34,663 nucleotides of DNA from a virus (Duplodnaviria; Caudoviricetes). The DNA lies in IMG/VR virus record IMGVR_UViG_3300004213_000018, positions 1 through 34,663 of that record, one strand, 5' to 3'. The notes beneath the pieces are model-generated. The model did not search any database and had not been told where the DNA came from. It worked only from the letters and a program-made list of their open reading frames with translations. This document shows, in pieces, positions 1 to 8,964 of the stretch. Each line of letters begins with the position of its first letter. Position 1 is the first letter of the stretch. The position numbers and the translations under genes were made by a program.

Positions 1-1
1 G

Positions 2-364
2 CTCCGCGCCTCCCGCCGCGAGGCTGTGCCGGAAGCCCTGCGCGACCAGATCGACAGCTTTATCGTGTCCGCCGAGGGCTTCGAGGCGACGCGCGGCCTC
101 GCTCTGGCGATCTACCACGCCGGTGCCGCCGTCGGCCCTGAGCTGATGGCGATTGGCGCGGGCATGTTCGAGTGGATGTGGCACTACGGGTTCGGCGACA
201 TCGGCAAACCGCGCGGGGACACGAGCGCCGTCGCCTTCCGCATGGCGCAGGCACTGAAGCGCGACGCCGGCATGCCCGCACCGGCAAGTGGGTGGCCCGC
301 GATCGAGCAAGATCCTCAACGCGGTGAGGTCGAGCCCGCACCGCTCGTCATGCCTTCAACATAA
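2..364 (+). CDS. hypothetical protein, probably 5'-truncated (end of a plus-strand, likely late, operon)
   Basis: Frame is open from the window edge (LRASRREAVPEALRDQID...) to TAA at 362-364 and is followed directly by a terminator hairpin. Confidence 0.6.
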   Translation, partial: LRASRREAVPEALRDQIDSFIVSAEGFEATRGLALAIYHAGAAVGPELMAIGAGMFEWMWHYGFGDIGKPRGDTSAVAFRMAQALKRDAGMPAPASGWPAIEQDPQRGEVEPAPLVMPST

Positions 365-390
365 AGGGCGCCCCACGGGGCGCCCTTCTT
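364..390. terminator. likely bidirectional intrinsic terminator
   Basis: AAGGGCGCCCC-AC-GGGGCGCCCTT inverted repeat followed by CTT, lying between convergent genes. Confidence 0.8.
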
Positions 391-393
391 GTA

Positions 394-987
394 TCAGCCG
401 AGCTTCGTTTCGGGAGTCCATCGCCGGACCATTTCGCCGGCCCGCCCGGAATGCGGCCGATTGTCGTCGAGGTTGCCAGTCTCGCGCGCGTCCAGCACGA
501 TTGCCGCACAGGCCATAGCGTGGCCGAGGTGATGCACGCCGCTCGTCGGATCGATGTCCTCGCCATCAAGATATTGCAGCAGGTGCCGCATCGCCGCCGC
601 AACGTACACGCGCCCCAGCACGGCGTTGTCGCGCCAGTTGAATGGGCCGTACTTGTGCGCGCCGTCCATCATCGCCGAGGCAAGGTGCAGCATCGCCGAG
701 GGCGGCACGACCGACATATCCGGCTTGGCGAGGCCGAGCGCATCCTTGGGATTGATGCCGCGGCCGGTTGTCAGCGGCACGGCGATCGTGTCAGCCGGTG
801 CGGTATAGTCGTGGAGGAAGCCGCCCTCCTTGAAACCACGCGCGGTCAGCCCGCCGAGCCAGCGCCGGAGGCGTGGGAAAATTCCCAGCTTCTCCTGCAT
901 GCCGACGATTTCAATCGGCTGCGGCACAGGGATGCCTCGCGCTGTCAACGACAGCTCGGCCTCTTTGCCAAGAAAGTGATGAGTCAT
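394..987 (-). CDS. dATP/dGTP diphosphohydrolase-domain protein (DUF5664-like)
   Basis: [18 protein letters not shown]...[11 protein letters not shown]...YVAAAMRHL...[19 protein letters not shown] matches the family pattern. ATGA overlap with the thyA stop. Confidence 0.8.
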   Translation of the reverse strand: MTHHFLGKEAELSLTARGIPVPQPIEIVGMQEKLGIFPRLRRWLGGLTARGFKEGGFLHDYTAPADTIAVPLTTGRGINPKDALGLAKPDMSVVPPSAMLHLASAMMDGAHKYGPFNWRDNAVLGRVYVAAAMRHLLQYLDGEDIDPTSGVHHLGHAMACAAIVLDARETGNLDDNRPHSGRAGEMVRRWTPETKLG

Positions 988-1943
988 ACGGAAACCTCTG
1001 CCTTGATCGTGTCGTGGGGAACGTAGCCGAGGAACGACACATCCTCAGTACGCAAGTCGAAGATGCCCTTGTCGGCGATCTGGACCGTGGGGAACGGCGT
1101 CGGCGTGCGCGACAGCTGCGTCTTCGCCTGCTCGACGTGGTTGGCGTAGAGGTGCAGGTCACCGAACGTGTGAACGAACTCGCCCACGCCCAGCCCGACC
1201 TCGCGCGCGATCAGGTGCGTCAGCAGCGCATAGCTCGCGATGTTGAACGGCACACCGAGAAAGATGTCAGCCGACCGCTGGTACAGCTGACACGACAGCA
1301 GCCCGTCCTCGACATAGAACTGGAACAGGCAGTGGCAGGGGCGCAGCGCCATGTCGTGGATCTCGGCCGGGTTCCAAGCTGTCACGATGTGACCGCGGTC
1401 GTTCGGCTTCTCGCGCAGCGTGGCGATGACCTCGCTGATCTGATCGATCTGCGCGATCGTCGACGGGTCTTTCGACAGGTGGCGACGCCACTGCGCGCCG
1501 TAGACCGGCCCCAGCGCGCCATCCGGCCCGGCCCATTCGTCCCAGATGCGCACGCCCTGCGCGCGCAGCGTCTCGACGTTGGTGTCGCCGGCCAGCATCC
1601 ACAGCAGCTCGGCAACCATCGACTTGGTATGGATCTTCTTCGTCGTCAGCAGCGGGAAGCCCTTGCCGAGGTCGAACCGAATCTGCCGTCCGAACACGCT
1701 GAACGTACCGGTGCCGGTGCGATCCTCGCGTGGCATCGGGTCGTTCTCGTGCTTGGCGATCAGCTCGGCCAGCAGCGACAGATACTGCAGCTCACCGTGA
1801 TAGGGCGTGCCGGGGTTGCGCAGCATAGTGACGTGGACGGGCAGCTCGCTGCTGCCGCCGATCACCTGCACGCTCCCGCCCTGCGGGTCGATGATCGTCG
1901 TGCCGTGGCCGACGATCAGCTCGTACTTCTGGGTCATGTCCAT
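984..1943 (-). CDS. thyA: thymidylate synthase
   Basis: [57 protein letters not shown]. Start placed at ATG 1943 (TGATG overlap with the upstream gene). Confidence 0.95.
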   Translation of the reverse strand: MDMTQKYELIVGHGTTIIDPQGGSVQVIGGSSELPVHVTMLRNPGTPYHGELQYLSLLAELIAKHENDPMPREDRTGTGTFSVFGRQIRFDLGKGFPLLTTKKIHTKSMVAELLWMLAGDTNVETLRAQGVRIWDEWAGPDGALGPVYGAQWRRHLSKDPSTIAQIDQISEVIATLREKPNDRGHIVTAWNPAEIHDMALRPCHCLFQFYVEDGLLSCQLYQRSADIFLGVPFNIASYALLTHLIAREVGLGVGEFVHTFGDLHLYANHVEQAKTQLSRTPTPFPTVQIADKGIFDLRTEDVSFLGYVPHDTIKAEVSV

Positions 1944-2365
1944 CAGAAAGCCTCCGGCTTGAAATAGTTGGCGCGGGCCGGCACCGGCCGGCGCAGCGGG
2001 ATGAGGTAGAGAATCAGCCACTGACCGTCGCGGCCGGTCGCCATCGTGTGCGTGCCGGCCTCGTAGGCGGCGCGCGCTTCGGCGACCGCGGGGGCGTCGT
2101 TATCCCAGCCGCGCTCGCTCGCACGCCGGGTGGCGATGGCGTAACGCTCCAGCTCCGGGCGACCGCGGCCCTCAAAGCGTTCCTCGAACTGGTCGTCCTT
2201 GTGCTTGTCGATGATCGCCCACGCATCCGCGGGCGCGATCCCTACCGCCTTCGCCGCCTTGAATGGCGAGCGCGTGCGACGGTACTGGACCATCAGTTCT
2301 TTCTCAATCTCGGGGGTGATAACGGTCACGTCTTGCAACTCCAAAAGGTGCGTCCTGAAAAGCAC
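1943..2365 (-). CDS. hypothetical protein, possible N-terminal HTH
   Basis: 140-aa ORF coupled to thy[21 protein letters not shown] is HTH-like. Confidence 0.65.
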   Translation of the reverse strand: MLFRTHLLELQDVTVITPEIEKELMVQYRRTRSPFKAAKAVGIAPADAWAIIDKHKDDQFEERFEGRGRPELERYAIATRRASERGWDNDAPAVAEARAAYEAGTHTMATGRDGQWLILYLIPLRRPVPARANYFKPEAF

Positions 2366-2394
2366 ACCCGTGTGATTTCAGGGTAATGGGAAGA

Positions 2395-2417
2395 GAGAAG
2401 TTACCCGGCAACTTCTC
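2395..2417. repeat. short palindromic site (GAGAAGTTACC-C-GGCAACTTCTC) overlapping the sbcC stop codon
   Basis: 11-bp arms with one mismatch. The 16 bp AGAAGTTACCCGGCAA is identical to 16557-16572. Confidence 0.8.
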
Positions 2418-4374
2418 CTAGTTCCTGTGGATTATCAAGGTCGATCACCAAGTCCGCCACGTCGACCGCGCGGTGGGTGATGAGGATGATCTGGGACAGC
2501 CGGGCCTTGAGCCGCTGGAGCGCCAGCTTCGTCGCCGATCGGCGCTGCTCGTCGGCGTCGCTGTCGATCTCATCGCCGAGGAACACGGGGAAAGCATCGG
2601 CGACCAGAGCCTGGCCGAGCGCGATGCGCAGCGCCAGATTGGCGACCGTCTCGCCCGCGCCCGACAGCGTCTCGATCCGCTGCCCATCGACGGTGATCTC
2701 CATGTCGTCGTCCACGACCACACTCGACAGCTCGCCCGCGCTCATGTCGTAGATCAGCGACGAGGCGATGCGCGACAGCATCGGCGCGAGGTGCGCCTTG
2801 AAGGTGGCACGGGCCTCGCCCAGCCGCGTGCTGCCCTCACGATACGCCTCGGCGCGCCGCTGGTTCTCCGCGATCGCTGCGGTGTCGGCGGCATGCTTCA
2901 CGACGTCGGCGTCGTACCGCTCGATCGCCGCCTCGTAGATCTTGGCGTGCGTCAGCCGCTCCTGCAACTCGTCGAGCTGGTCATCGGCCATTGGCTTGCC
3001 GTTGACCCCGATCCACGCCTCCAGCTTCTCGCGCGCGGCGCGGGCGCGCTCGACAGCGGCATCAAAGGCCTCGCTCTGCGCGTCGAACCGCGACCACGCC
3101 GCGTGCGCGGTGCGCAGCCCGTCGAGGTCATGGACCTGCACAGGGTTGCCCAGCAGCTTGATCTCGGCCTCGGCATCGACCGCAGCGTTGTAGGCGGCGA
3201 GGCGCTGGCGCGCGTGGCGTGCGCCGCCGGGGGCGAGCGAGCCGGCTGCGTCATCCGGGGCGGGCGGCAACGGCGTGGCCCAGTTCTCGATCGCGCGATG
3301 CTCAGCCATCAGTGCCGCCCGGCTGACCGCCGGCTCGGTCGGTACGTCGCCACCGACGCGGAACTTGGTGCCGCACGAAGGGCATTCGGCCTGCTCGTCG
3401 CTCATGCGCTGGCGCAGGTCGATCTCCTCCCATACGCCGCGGACCGCCTCGATCTCTTCGCGGGTCATGGTCGGCTGCGGCCCGCGCGCGTCGCGTAGCT
3501 GCTCCCACTCGTACCGCGCTTCGGCCATCGCGATCAGGCCTTCGCTGTCCACGGCGTCCTTCGGTGCGGCGTCGATGATCTTCTGGAGCCGGGCGCGCTC
3601 GCGCGCGGTAGCGTCGGCGTTCGCCTGCACCGTGACCGCCTCATCGACCTGCGCGCGGCTCACACGCGCGCCCTCCGGCCGCCGCGGCGCGGTAACCTGC
3701 TGGACGGTGTCGTTCTCCCTCCGGTCATGCTCGACACGCAGCTGGCGCGCGCGCGTGAGCGTCGTGGCGATGTCGGTCGACAGGGCGTAGCCCTCGGGCT
3801 TTACCGGCTCGACCGGCGCGCGCAGCGCGGAGGTCAGCCCCTCGGCCACTCCCTTGAATTTCTTCGCTTCGTCGCGGCACGCCTTCTCGATCGTCTCGTA
3901 GGTGGCGAGGCCGACGACCTTGTCGATCAGCTGCTTGCGCTCGCTGGCGCGCAGCTGGCCCAGCTTGTCGGTTTGCTTCTGGACAGCGGCATTGGCGAGG
4001 TCGAACACGTCGAGGCCATAGCCCAGCAGCTCGATCACCTTGGCCGTCACCGCGTCCGCGCCGACCGCCTCGACGACGCCAGTGGTGAGGTCGGTCAGCT
4101 GCTCGCGTCGTGGCGTGCGCTTGATGTGAACCCGCTTGCCGCCGAGCCGGAAGGTGCCCTCGGCATGGAAGTCGCTGTAGTCGGCGGCCATGCCGCGCAG
4201 GGCCTTCTTGCCAAACAGCAGGTAGCGCGGCGTCTCGACCGCCAGCAGGCTTTTGCCGCTGCCGTTCCGCCCGATGACGGCGGTGATGCCTGGTGGAGGC
4301 GAAAGCTCGCCCGAGAAGGACCAGCTCTTGATAGGGGTGACGAACGTGGCCGTCGCTTTGATGTGCTCGATCAT
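2401..4374 (-). CDS. sbcC: SbcC/Rad50-like SMC ATPase (recombination exonuclease subunit)
   Basis: Walker A GRNGSGKS, coiled coils, central CPSC zinc hook, signature LSGAGE, Walker B FLGDEID, H-loop ILITH. Confidence 0.92.
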   Translation of the reverse strand: MIEHIKATATFVTPIKSWSFSGELSPPPGITAVIGRNGSGKSLLAVETPRYLLFGKKALRGMAADYSDFHAEGTFRLGGKRVHIKRTPRREQLTDLTTGVVEAVGADAVTAKVIELLGYGLDVFDLANAAVQKQTDKLGQLRASERKQLIDKVVGLATYETIEKACRDEAKKFKGVAEGLTSALRAPVEPVKPEGYALSTDIATTLTRARQLRVEHDRRENDTVQQVTAPRRPEGARVSRAQVDEAVTVQANADATARERARLQKIIDAAPKDAVDSEGLIAMAEARYEWEQLRDARGPQPTMTREEIEAVRGVWEEIDLRQRMSDEQAECPSCGTKFRVGGDVPTEPAVSRAALMAEHRAIENWATPLPPAPDDAAGSLAPGGARHARQRLAAYNAAVDAEAEIKLLGNPVQVHDLDGLRTAHAAWSRFDAQSEAFDAAVERARAAREKLEAWIGVNGKPMADDQLDELQERLTHAKIYEAAIERYDADVVKHAADTAAIAENQRRAEAYREGSTRLGEARATFKAHLAPMLSRIASSLIYDMSAGELSSVVVDDDMEITVDGQRIETLSGAGETVANLALRIALGQALVADAFPVFLGDEIDSDADEQRRSATKLALQRLKARLSQIILITHRAVDVADLVIDLDNPQELGEVAG

Positions 4375-4392
4375 GGGGATGTCGTACTCCTA

Positions 4393-4455
4393 TTCTTCTT
4401 TATAGGTGTGCGTTTTTATCAAGTTACCGGGTAACTTGATAAAAATACATGTAGT
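4393..4455. repeat. long AT-rich palindromic element, copy 1
   Basis: Perfect 16-bp arms TTTTTATCAAGTTACC-G-GGTAACTTGATAAAAA (4413-4445). The whole ~62 bp aligns with 16881-16943. Lies between the divergent sbcC and endolysin genes. Confidence 0.9.
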
Positions 4456-4465
4456 AGGATCTGAT

Positions 4466-5056
4466 ATGTGGACGCCTGAGCAGTTCATCGCCAACTTCAA
4501 GCAGCGGTGGGAAGGCGGCATGAGCCGCGACCCCAACGACGCCGGCAACTGGTCGGGCGCGAAAAAGGGTGTCGGCACCCTCGTCGGGTCCAACCACGGC
4601 ATCACCGGCGCAGTGCTGGCTAAGTCGCGCGGCAAGCCCGTGACCATGAAGGACATGGAGGCGCTGACACCGGCTGAGGCTGGCCGCATCGCCCTCCAGA
4701 TGTTCTACAAGGACGTCGGCCTCGACAAGCTGCCGTGGAACCGCGTCACCGCCTCTGTCATGGACTTTGGCTACAACGCCGGCCCGCTCCGCAGCATCAA
4801 GCTGTTGCAGGACATCCTCGACGTCAGCATGGACGGTCAGATCGGACTGGGCACGACCGGCGCGTACAAGGCGCGCCTCGCGCGCGTCGGCGAGCAGGTC
4901 ATGGCTGGCGCGTTCTGGGCGATGCGCGAGGAATATTACGAGGATCTGGTCGCCGCGCGCCCGAGCGACGGCATCTACCTCAAGGGCTGGGACAACCGCT
5001 CGGACTATTACTTGCCCGGTCACCCGGAGGGCTGGTGGAACAAGTTCGGCGCGTGA
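4466..5056 (+). CDS. endolysin, glycoside hydrolase family 108 with C-terminal peptidoglycan-binding region
   Basis: WEGGMSRDPNDAGN...SNHGIT, DFGYNAG, LQDIL...DGQIG..T, YLKGWDNR. ATG 4466 follows AGGA. Confidence 0.9.
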   Translation: MWTPEQFIANFKQRWEGGMSRDPNDAGNWSGAKKGVGTLVGSNHGITGAVLAKSRGKPVTMKDMEALTPAEAGRIALQMFYKDVGLDKLPWNRVTASVMDFGYNAGPLRSIKLLQDILDVSMDGQIGLGTTGAYKARLARVGEQVMAGAFWAMREEYYEDLVAARPSDGIYLKGWDNRSDYYLPGHPEGWWNKFGA

Positions 5057-5238
5057 CCGACCAACAGCTCCTCGTCACCCTGAACATCATCCGCTCGGTG
5101 ATCCTGATCGCCGCGATTGTCGGCGCGGTGTCGTACCGTCACATTGACCGTCGAATCGTCATCTGTGTTGCTGCGCTTGTGCTTGTGCTCAACCTGTGCG
5201 GGCTGGCGATCGCCACCTTTTTGGTGAACCATGCCTGA
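5053..5238 (+). CDS. small two-TM membrane protein (holin/antiholin candidate)
   Basis: GTG overlaps the endolysin stop (GTGA). 61 aa MTDQQLLVTLNIIRSVILIAAIVGAV...IVICVAALVLVLNLCGLAIATFLV with two hydrophobic segments. Confidence 0.7.
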   Translation: MTDQQLLVTLNIIRSVILIAAIVGAVSYRHIDRRIVICVAALVLVLNLCGLAIATFLVNHA

Positions 5239-5641
5239 CAACTTCCTGACCAACGCCAGCCACGGGCGCTACCGCTGGACCATCATCGCCTTCGCGCTCG
5301 CCGGGCTGCTCATCAGCGCCCTCGTGGTGTGGCAGCTGTACGAGATGACCCCGGCGCGCTGGTGCGTGCTGGCCAAGCAGGGATCGCCCGAGTTGGCGAC
5401 CGGCTGCTTCAACGTCCTGCTCAAGCTGCTGGACATCAAGGACCATGCCCTGATGATGCTCATCGGCGTGCTGGCCCTGACCATCATCGCCGTCGTCGCG
5501 GTGGCCCTTGGTGTGCGCATTTCCGGTGCTGCACCCGGTGGTTTCAGCGTTGATGTCGGCGCGGACAAGACCACGGTCGCGGCCGACGGCGGACAGGCCA
5601 CGATCGACACCCCTCCTACTGCCCGAGAGGCTGAACAATGA
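5231..5641 (+). CDS. two-TM membrane protein of the lysis cassette (holin candidate)
   Basis: Two hydrophobic helices flanking a loop with two Cys. Located between endolysin and spanins. Confidence 0.7.
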   Translation: MPDNFLTNASHGRYRWTIIAFALAGLLISALVVWQLYEMTPARWCVLAKQGSPELATGCFNVLLKLLDIKDHALMMLIGVLALTIIAVVAVALGVRISGAAPGGFSVDVGADKTTVAADGGQATIDTPPTAREAEQ

Positions 5642-6075
5642 CCCTGTCGAACCCCCTGACCGCACCACTCTGGAAGATCGGCACCTTCGCCGCCGGTCTG
5701 ATCTGTTTGGTCCTCTCCGGCTTTCTGATCGCCAGCACTCTCGAAAATCGTGGCCTCGTCGTTCAGCGTAGCGCGCTGTCTGCGCAGATCAACGACCCGA
5801 AGGTCGGCTTTGTGGCACGGCTGGCGCAGGCGAACACCAATGTCGAGACGCTGAAGGTCGCGCTTAACACCCAGCGCCAGAGCTTTGAGACGAAGGCGGC
5901 GCAGCGTGAAGCCGTACTCGCCGAGACGTCGCGCAAGTTGAAACTTGCCCAAGTCTCGACGCGGACTATGCAGTTGAAGCTGGACCGTTTTCTGGCCACC
6001 AAGCCGCAGGGGGCTACCCTTGAAGATCGGGTGCGTGATATTGACCAGCGCGCGCTTTCGGAGCTTGTTCAGTGA
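5638..6075 (+). CDS. inner-membrane spanin (Rz-like)
   Basis: N-terminal TM followed by a long coiled coil, immediately upstream of a lipoprotein gene. Confidence 0.8.
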   Translation: MTLSNPLTAPLWKIGTFAAGLICLVLSGFLIASTLENRGLVVQRSALSAQINDPKVGFVARLAQANTNVETLKVALNTQRQSFETKAAQREAVLAETSRKLKLAQVSTRTMQLKLDRFLATKPQGATLEDRVRDIDQRALSELVQ

Positions 6076-6374
6076 AGAACCTCGTACCTATCCTTGGTCT
6101 GGCTCTGCTCGGCGCTTGCGCGACAAAGCCGGCCCCGCGTCCCGAACCGATCGTCGTGCCGCAGCCTGTTGCGGTAGCGGTTGACGCACCGTGCGTGCCT
6201 GACACGCTGGGCAAGGCTCCTGCCTATGTCGACACCAAGGACAAGCTGGTCGGCGCAGCGGACGCAGCGGAGCGCCTGCAGCTGCTCTACGCCGGCCGCG
6301 CGCAGCGCGAGGCGCGGCTGAACGAGATCGAGCCGATCATTGACGGGTGCCCTCGCGGTTCCGTGAAGAAGTAA
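6072..6374 (+). CDS. outer-membrane spanin (Rz1-like lipoprotein)
   Basis: Signal peptide with lipobox LLGAC, Pro-rich linker, GTGA overlap with the i-spanin gene. Confidence 0.85.
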   Translation: MKNLVPILGLALLGACATKPAPRPEPIVVPQPVAVAVDAPCVPDTLGKAPAYVDTKDKLVGAADAAERLQLLYAGRAQREARLNEIEPIIDGCPRGSVKK

Positions 6375-6378
6375 CACC

Positions 6379-6780
6379 ATGAGCATGATCGATCAGGAGG
6401 CGCGTGATAAGGCGAGCCAGGCCCTGCATGATCTCAACAATCATAAGGCCGTGACGGAGATCGAGCTTCGCACGCTGAAGGCGCTCGTCGTCGAGCTGAA
6501 ATCGCAGCTGAAGTGGGCTGGCGGTCTGATCGTGATGCTGTTCATCAGCACCCTGACGTGGTCGCTTGCCCAGCAGTACAGCGCCAATGAGGCGCAGAAG
6601 AAGGACATGGCCCAGCAAATCGAGCTGCTGAAGGAGCAGGAGCGGGCGCGCAATGCGTCCCGCTCCGAAATCCTGAGCCGCCTACCGGCCGGTACTACCG
6701 AGGCCACCGACACCACGGGCAGTCTCGCTCAAGCTGGCAACCTCAGCCGTAGCCGCACGAGTAACGGGGCAGAGAACTAG
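6379..6780 (+). CDS. single-TM coiled-coil protein at the end of the lysis cassette
   Basis: Coiled coil, then WAGGLIVMLFISTLTWSLA, then coiled coil. The 3' end overlaps dut convergently. Confidence 0.7.
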   Translation: MSMIDQEARDKASQALHDLNNHKAVTEIELRTLKALVVELKSQLKWAGGLIVMLFISTLTWSLAQQYSANEAQKKDMAQQIELLKEQERARNASRSEILSRLPAGTTEATDTTGSLAQAGNLSRSRTSNGAEN

Positions 6781-7122
6781 CTGGGCGATCCGATCGCCGC
6801 GCTTGATCTCGTGCGCATTGCGACCGAGGTGCGACAGGATCACCATCAGCTCACCGCGATAATCCTCGTCAATCGTTCCGATCCCATTCGTCACGAACAC
6901 GCCGTGCTTCGCTGCTAGTCCACTTCGGCTGCGCACCTGCAGTTCGTGACCGGCCGGCACCTCCACGGCGAACCCGGTGGTGAAGATCTTGGTGTTGCCG
7001 TGGAACAGCTTGAAGTCCTCGGCGGAACAGATGTCCATGCCCGCTGCGCCGGGCGTGGTGTACGTCGGCAAAGGCAAGTTCTCCCCGTGGGGCAGGCGCA
7101 GGAACTTGAGCGTTAGGTCCAT
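6682..7122 (-). CDS. dut: trimeric dUTPase
   Basis: GAAGMDI, RSRSGLA, GTIDEDYRGE, GDRIAQLV, RGVGGLGSTG. ATG 7122 has a GGAG RBS. Confidence 0.95.
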   Translation of the reverse strand: MDLTLKFLRLPHGENLPLPTYTTPGAAGMDICSAEDFKLFHGNTKIFTTGFAVEVPAGHELQVRSRSGLAAKHGVFVTNGIGTIDEDYRGELMVILSHLGRNAHEIKRGDRIAQLVLCPVTRAATAEVASLSETARGVGGLGSTGR

Positions 7123-7381
7123 ATCGGATCTCCAGATGTGTGATGCCAAGATCAACCGCTGTCTCCAATCGCTTGGCGTCGATGCAGAGAGCGAACTCGC
7201 GATCGCGTGGTGGCTTGTGCGAGCTGATCCGAATGACGGACTCGCATGGTGTGCCGGGGAAGAGGATAACGTAACGACTGTCGGAGTGGGCAATGGTGCT
7301 GCACTCCATCTTGCAAGGCAGACCCAGCGACCGAGCCTTGTCAATCAGCTTGATCGCCACCTCGCCGCTGTTCCTCACCAT
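6869..7381 (-). CDS. hypothetical protein (N-terminal ~88 aa plausible; tail overlaps dut)
   Basis: MVRNSGEVAIKLIDKARSLG...SRYVILF...IRISSHKP fills the sbcD-dut gap. The frame runs on into dut before stopping. Confidence 0.45.
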   Translation of the reverse strand: MVRNSGEVAIKLIDKARSLGLPCKMECSTIAHSDSRYVILFPGTPCESVIRISSHKPPRDREFALCIDAKRLETAVDLGITHLEIRYGPNAQVPAPAPRGELAFADVHHARRSGHGHLFRRGLQAVPRQHQDLHHRVRRGGAGRSRTAGAQPKWTSSEARRVRDEWDRND

Positions 7382-8333
7382 TGGGAAGTCTCTCCTGAAT
7401 GAAGGCGCGAACCTCCGGGTCAAGAGGGTCCAGCGCCGCGCGGACAATACCGGGCCAGTCAAATTTGTCCAAGGATAGGGAGCCTCCACCGTTGTCCGAT
7501 TGCACGCGCTGCGCAGGGACGGCGGTGACGGCGAAAGCGTCAAGGGTCGGCTTCTCCTCGCCGGGGGCGAGTGTGATGCGAACGCACTTGTCGCGTAGGC
7601 TGTCAGGGGGTGCCGCCAGCGCCTCGGCCAACGTCATGGTGACGTAGATCAACCCTTCTGGGTCTTCGCCATGTCCGTAGGGTTCAAGCGATCCGGTCCC
7701 GTGGATCGTGACACCATCGACGACATAATCTCGGGGGGCGTGGTAGTGGCCCGAATATAGCGGGACCGTGCCGAAGGCGTCGCGAAGAGCAACGACAGGG
7801 GCAAGATGGAGGTCTTCACCCCCGAACGACGAGAGATCCCAGTGTCCGACGGCGGCGACGGGTCCGGCGCTTCCTCGGGCGGTGCGTGCGAGGCTGGTGA
7901 CTTGGTCGACGGCATTACGATCCCACTCCCACGGGAAAAACGCTACCTCGCCGATCAACGCCGGCTTGGTCAAGATGAAGAGGTTGGGGTAACGCCGGTG
8001 GCACGCCACCTTGAACACGTTGAAGGCGGCCGTGGCGGTCACCTTGCGCGGCATGTCGTGATTGCCGGCCATCATGATGAAGAGGGTGCTGGGACGGTTA
8101 ATAGCCGCCGCCAACACCGCGTCGATCGCCTGCTTGACGATCGTGTGCGACACGTAGGGGTTGTCGAACAGATCGCCGACCATCACCACCATGTCGCCGG
8201 GCGCGGCCAGCTGCTCGATGAATTTCCGAAGCTGACGAGCTTCACGCTCACCGCGTCGGTGGGCCGGAACCCCGACCTCGAACTTGCGCCCGAGGTGGGG
8301 ATCACCAATCAGCCAGCCGCGCTCGAACTGCAC
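7341..8333 (-). CDS. sbcD: SbcD/Mre11-like metallophosphoesterase nuclease
   Basis: GDPHLG, VGDLFD, AGNHD, VGHWD, SGHYH, GTGSL motifs. Confidence 0.9.
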   Translation of the reverse strand: MQFERGWLIGDPHLGRKFEVGVPAHRRGEREARQLRKFIEQLAAPGDMVVMVGDLFDNPYVSHTIVKQAIDAVLAAAINRPSTLFIMMAGNHDMPRKVTATAAFNVFKVACHRRYPNLFILTKPALIGEVAFFPWEWDRNAVDQVTSLARTARGSAGPVAAVGHWDLSSFGGEDLHLAPVVALRDAFGTVPLYSGHYHAPRDYVVDGVTIHGTGSLEPYGHGEDPEGLIYVTMTLAEALAAPPDSLRDKCVRITLAPGEEKPTLDAFAVTAVPAQRVQSDNGGGSLSLDKFDWPGIVRAALDPLDPEVRAFIQERLPNGEEQRRGGDQAD

Positions 8334-8336
8334 GGC

Positions 8337-8525
8337 TTACGCCAGGATGCCGCCGGGGCGGGTCTTCATCGACTTGGTCTTGTCGCCGTCGGTGACGTCC
8401 ACCACGACGAACTGGCCGTCATGTCCGGTCACGGTGCCGGAGCGAATGACCTGCGTCGGGCCGGCCTTGAACGAAACGGTCGAGCCAACGGCGAAGTCGG
8501 TGGGAAGGGGTGTGGTCTTGGGCAT
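8337..8525 (-). CDS. small beta-rich (SH3-like) hypothetical protein
   Basis: 62 aa MPKTTPLPTDFAVGSTVSFKAG... with a GGAG RBS. Confidence 0.7.
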   Translation of the reverse strand: MPKTTPLPTDFAVGSTVSFKAGPTQVIRSGTVTGHDGQFVVVDVTDGDKTKSMKTRPGGILA

Positions 8526-8532
8526 TGGGGTT

Positions 8533-8556
8533 CTCCAGCGCGGACATGCGCTGGAG
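8533..8556 (-). promoter_or_regulatory. RNA hairpin covering the RBS of the 62-aa gene
   Basis: Minus strand CTCCAGCGC-ATGTCC-GCGCTGGAG. The 3' arm contains the GGAG Shine-Dalgarno. Confidence 0.5.
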
Positions 8557-8583
8557 GGACTTCTAAGACCCTGATTTTCTAGG

Positions 8584-8964
8584 TCAAGGACGATTTGCGA
8601 AGCTCGACGATACGACCGCTTTCTGGGCTTGCTTCCGGCGTATCTTCTCAATCACCTCCGGCTGCTCGCAGCGGTAGAACTCAGTACGATAGGCGTCGTC
8701 GGCATCCAGCCCGGTGACGACGCATAGCGACGCCAGCGTCACCAAGGTTCCGCCCAAGTCCTGCCGCGGCTCGCCAGCCGGCTTGTCGTAGACCTGCTTG
8801 ACGAGGGCCTGCGCCTGCTCGCGCGTGACGCCGAGGCTCTGGATCAGCTCCAGCGCCTCTTCACCGAAGCGCAGGCCGCGCTCCTCGACATCCTTGAGAC
8901 TGGCCTTGCCGAACACCTTGGTCAGCCAGCTGCGGACACGGGTCTTTTCCCAGACAATCTTCAT
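8584..8964 (-). CDS. MazG-like all-alpha NTP pyrophosphohydrolase candidate
   Basis: ERGLRFGEEALEL...VYDKPAGEPRQDLGGTLVTL, an EExxE pattern typical of phage MazG-like proteins. Confidence 0.6.
   Translation of the reverse strand: MKIVWEKTRVRSWLTKVFGKASLKDVEERGLRFGEEALELIQSLGVTREQAQALVKQVYDKPAGEPRQDLGGTLVTLASLCVVTGLDADDAYRTEFYRCEQPEVIEKIRRKQAQKAVVSSSFANRP

Noticed and set aside
984-1943. thyA as a dCMP/dUMP hydroxymethylase for modified bases
   Set aside because: All canonical ThyA motifs are present, including the Asn in PFNIASY.
4413-4445. Protelomerase target site
   Set aside because: No protelomerase gene is seen, there are two internal copies, and gene content looks lytic. It cannot be fully excluded without the rest of the genome.
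4406-4465. Upstream GTG start for the endolysin, and other extended starts in the ORF track (thyA 2021, dut 7344, nrdJ 25709)
   Set aside because: The extensions run through regulatory DNA or neighbouring genes, whereas the downstream ATGs have an RBS or stop-start coupling.
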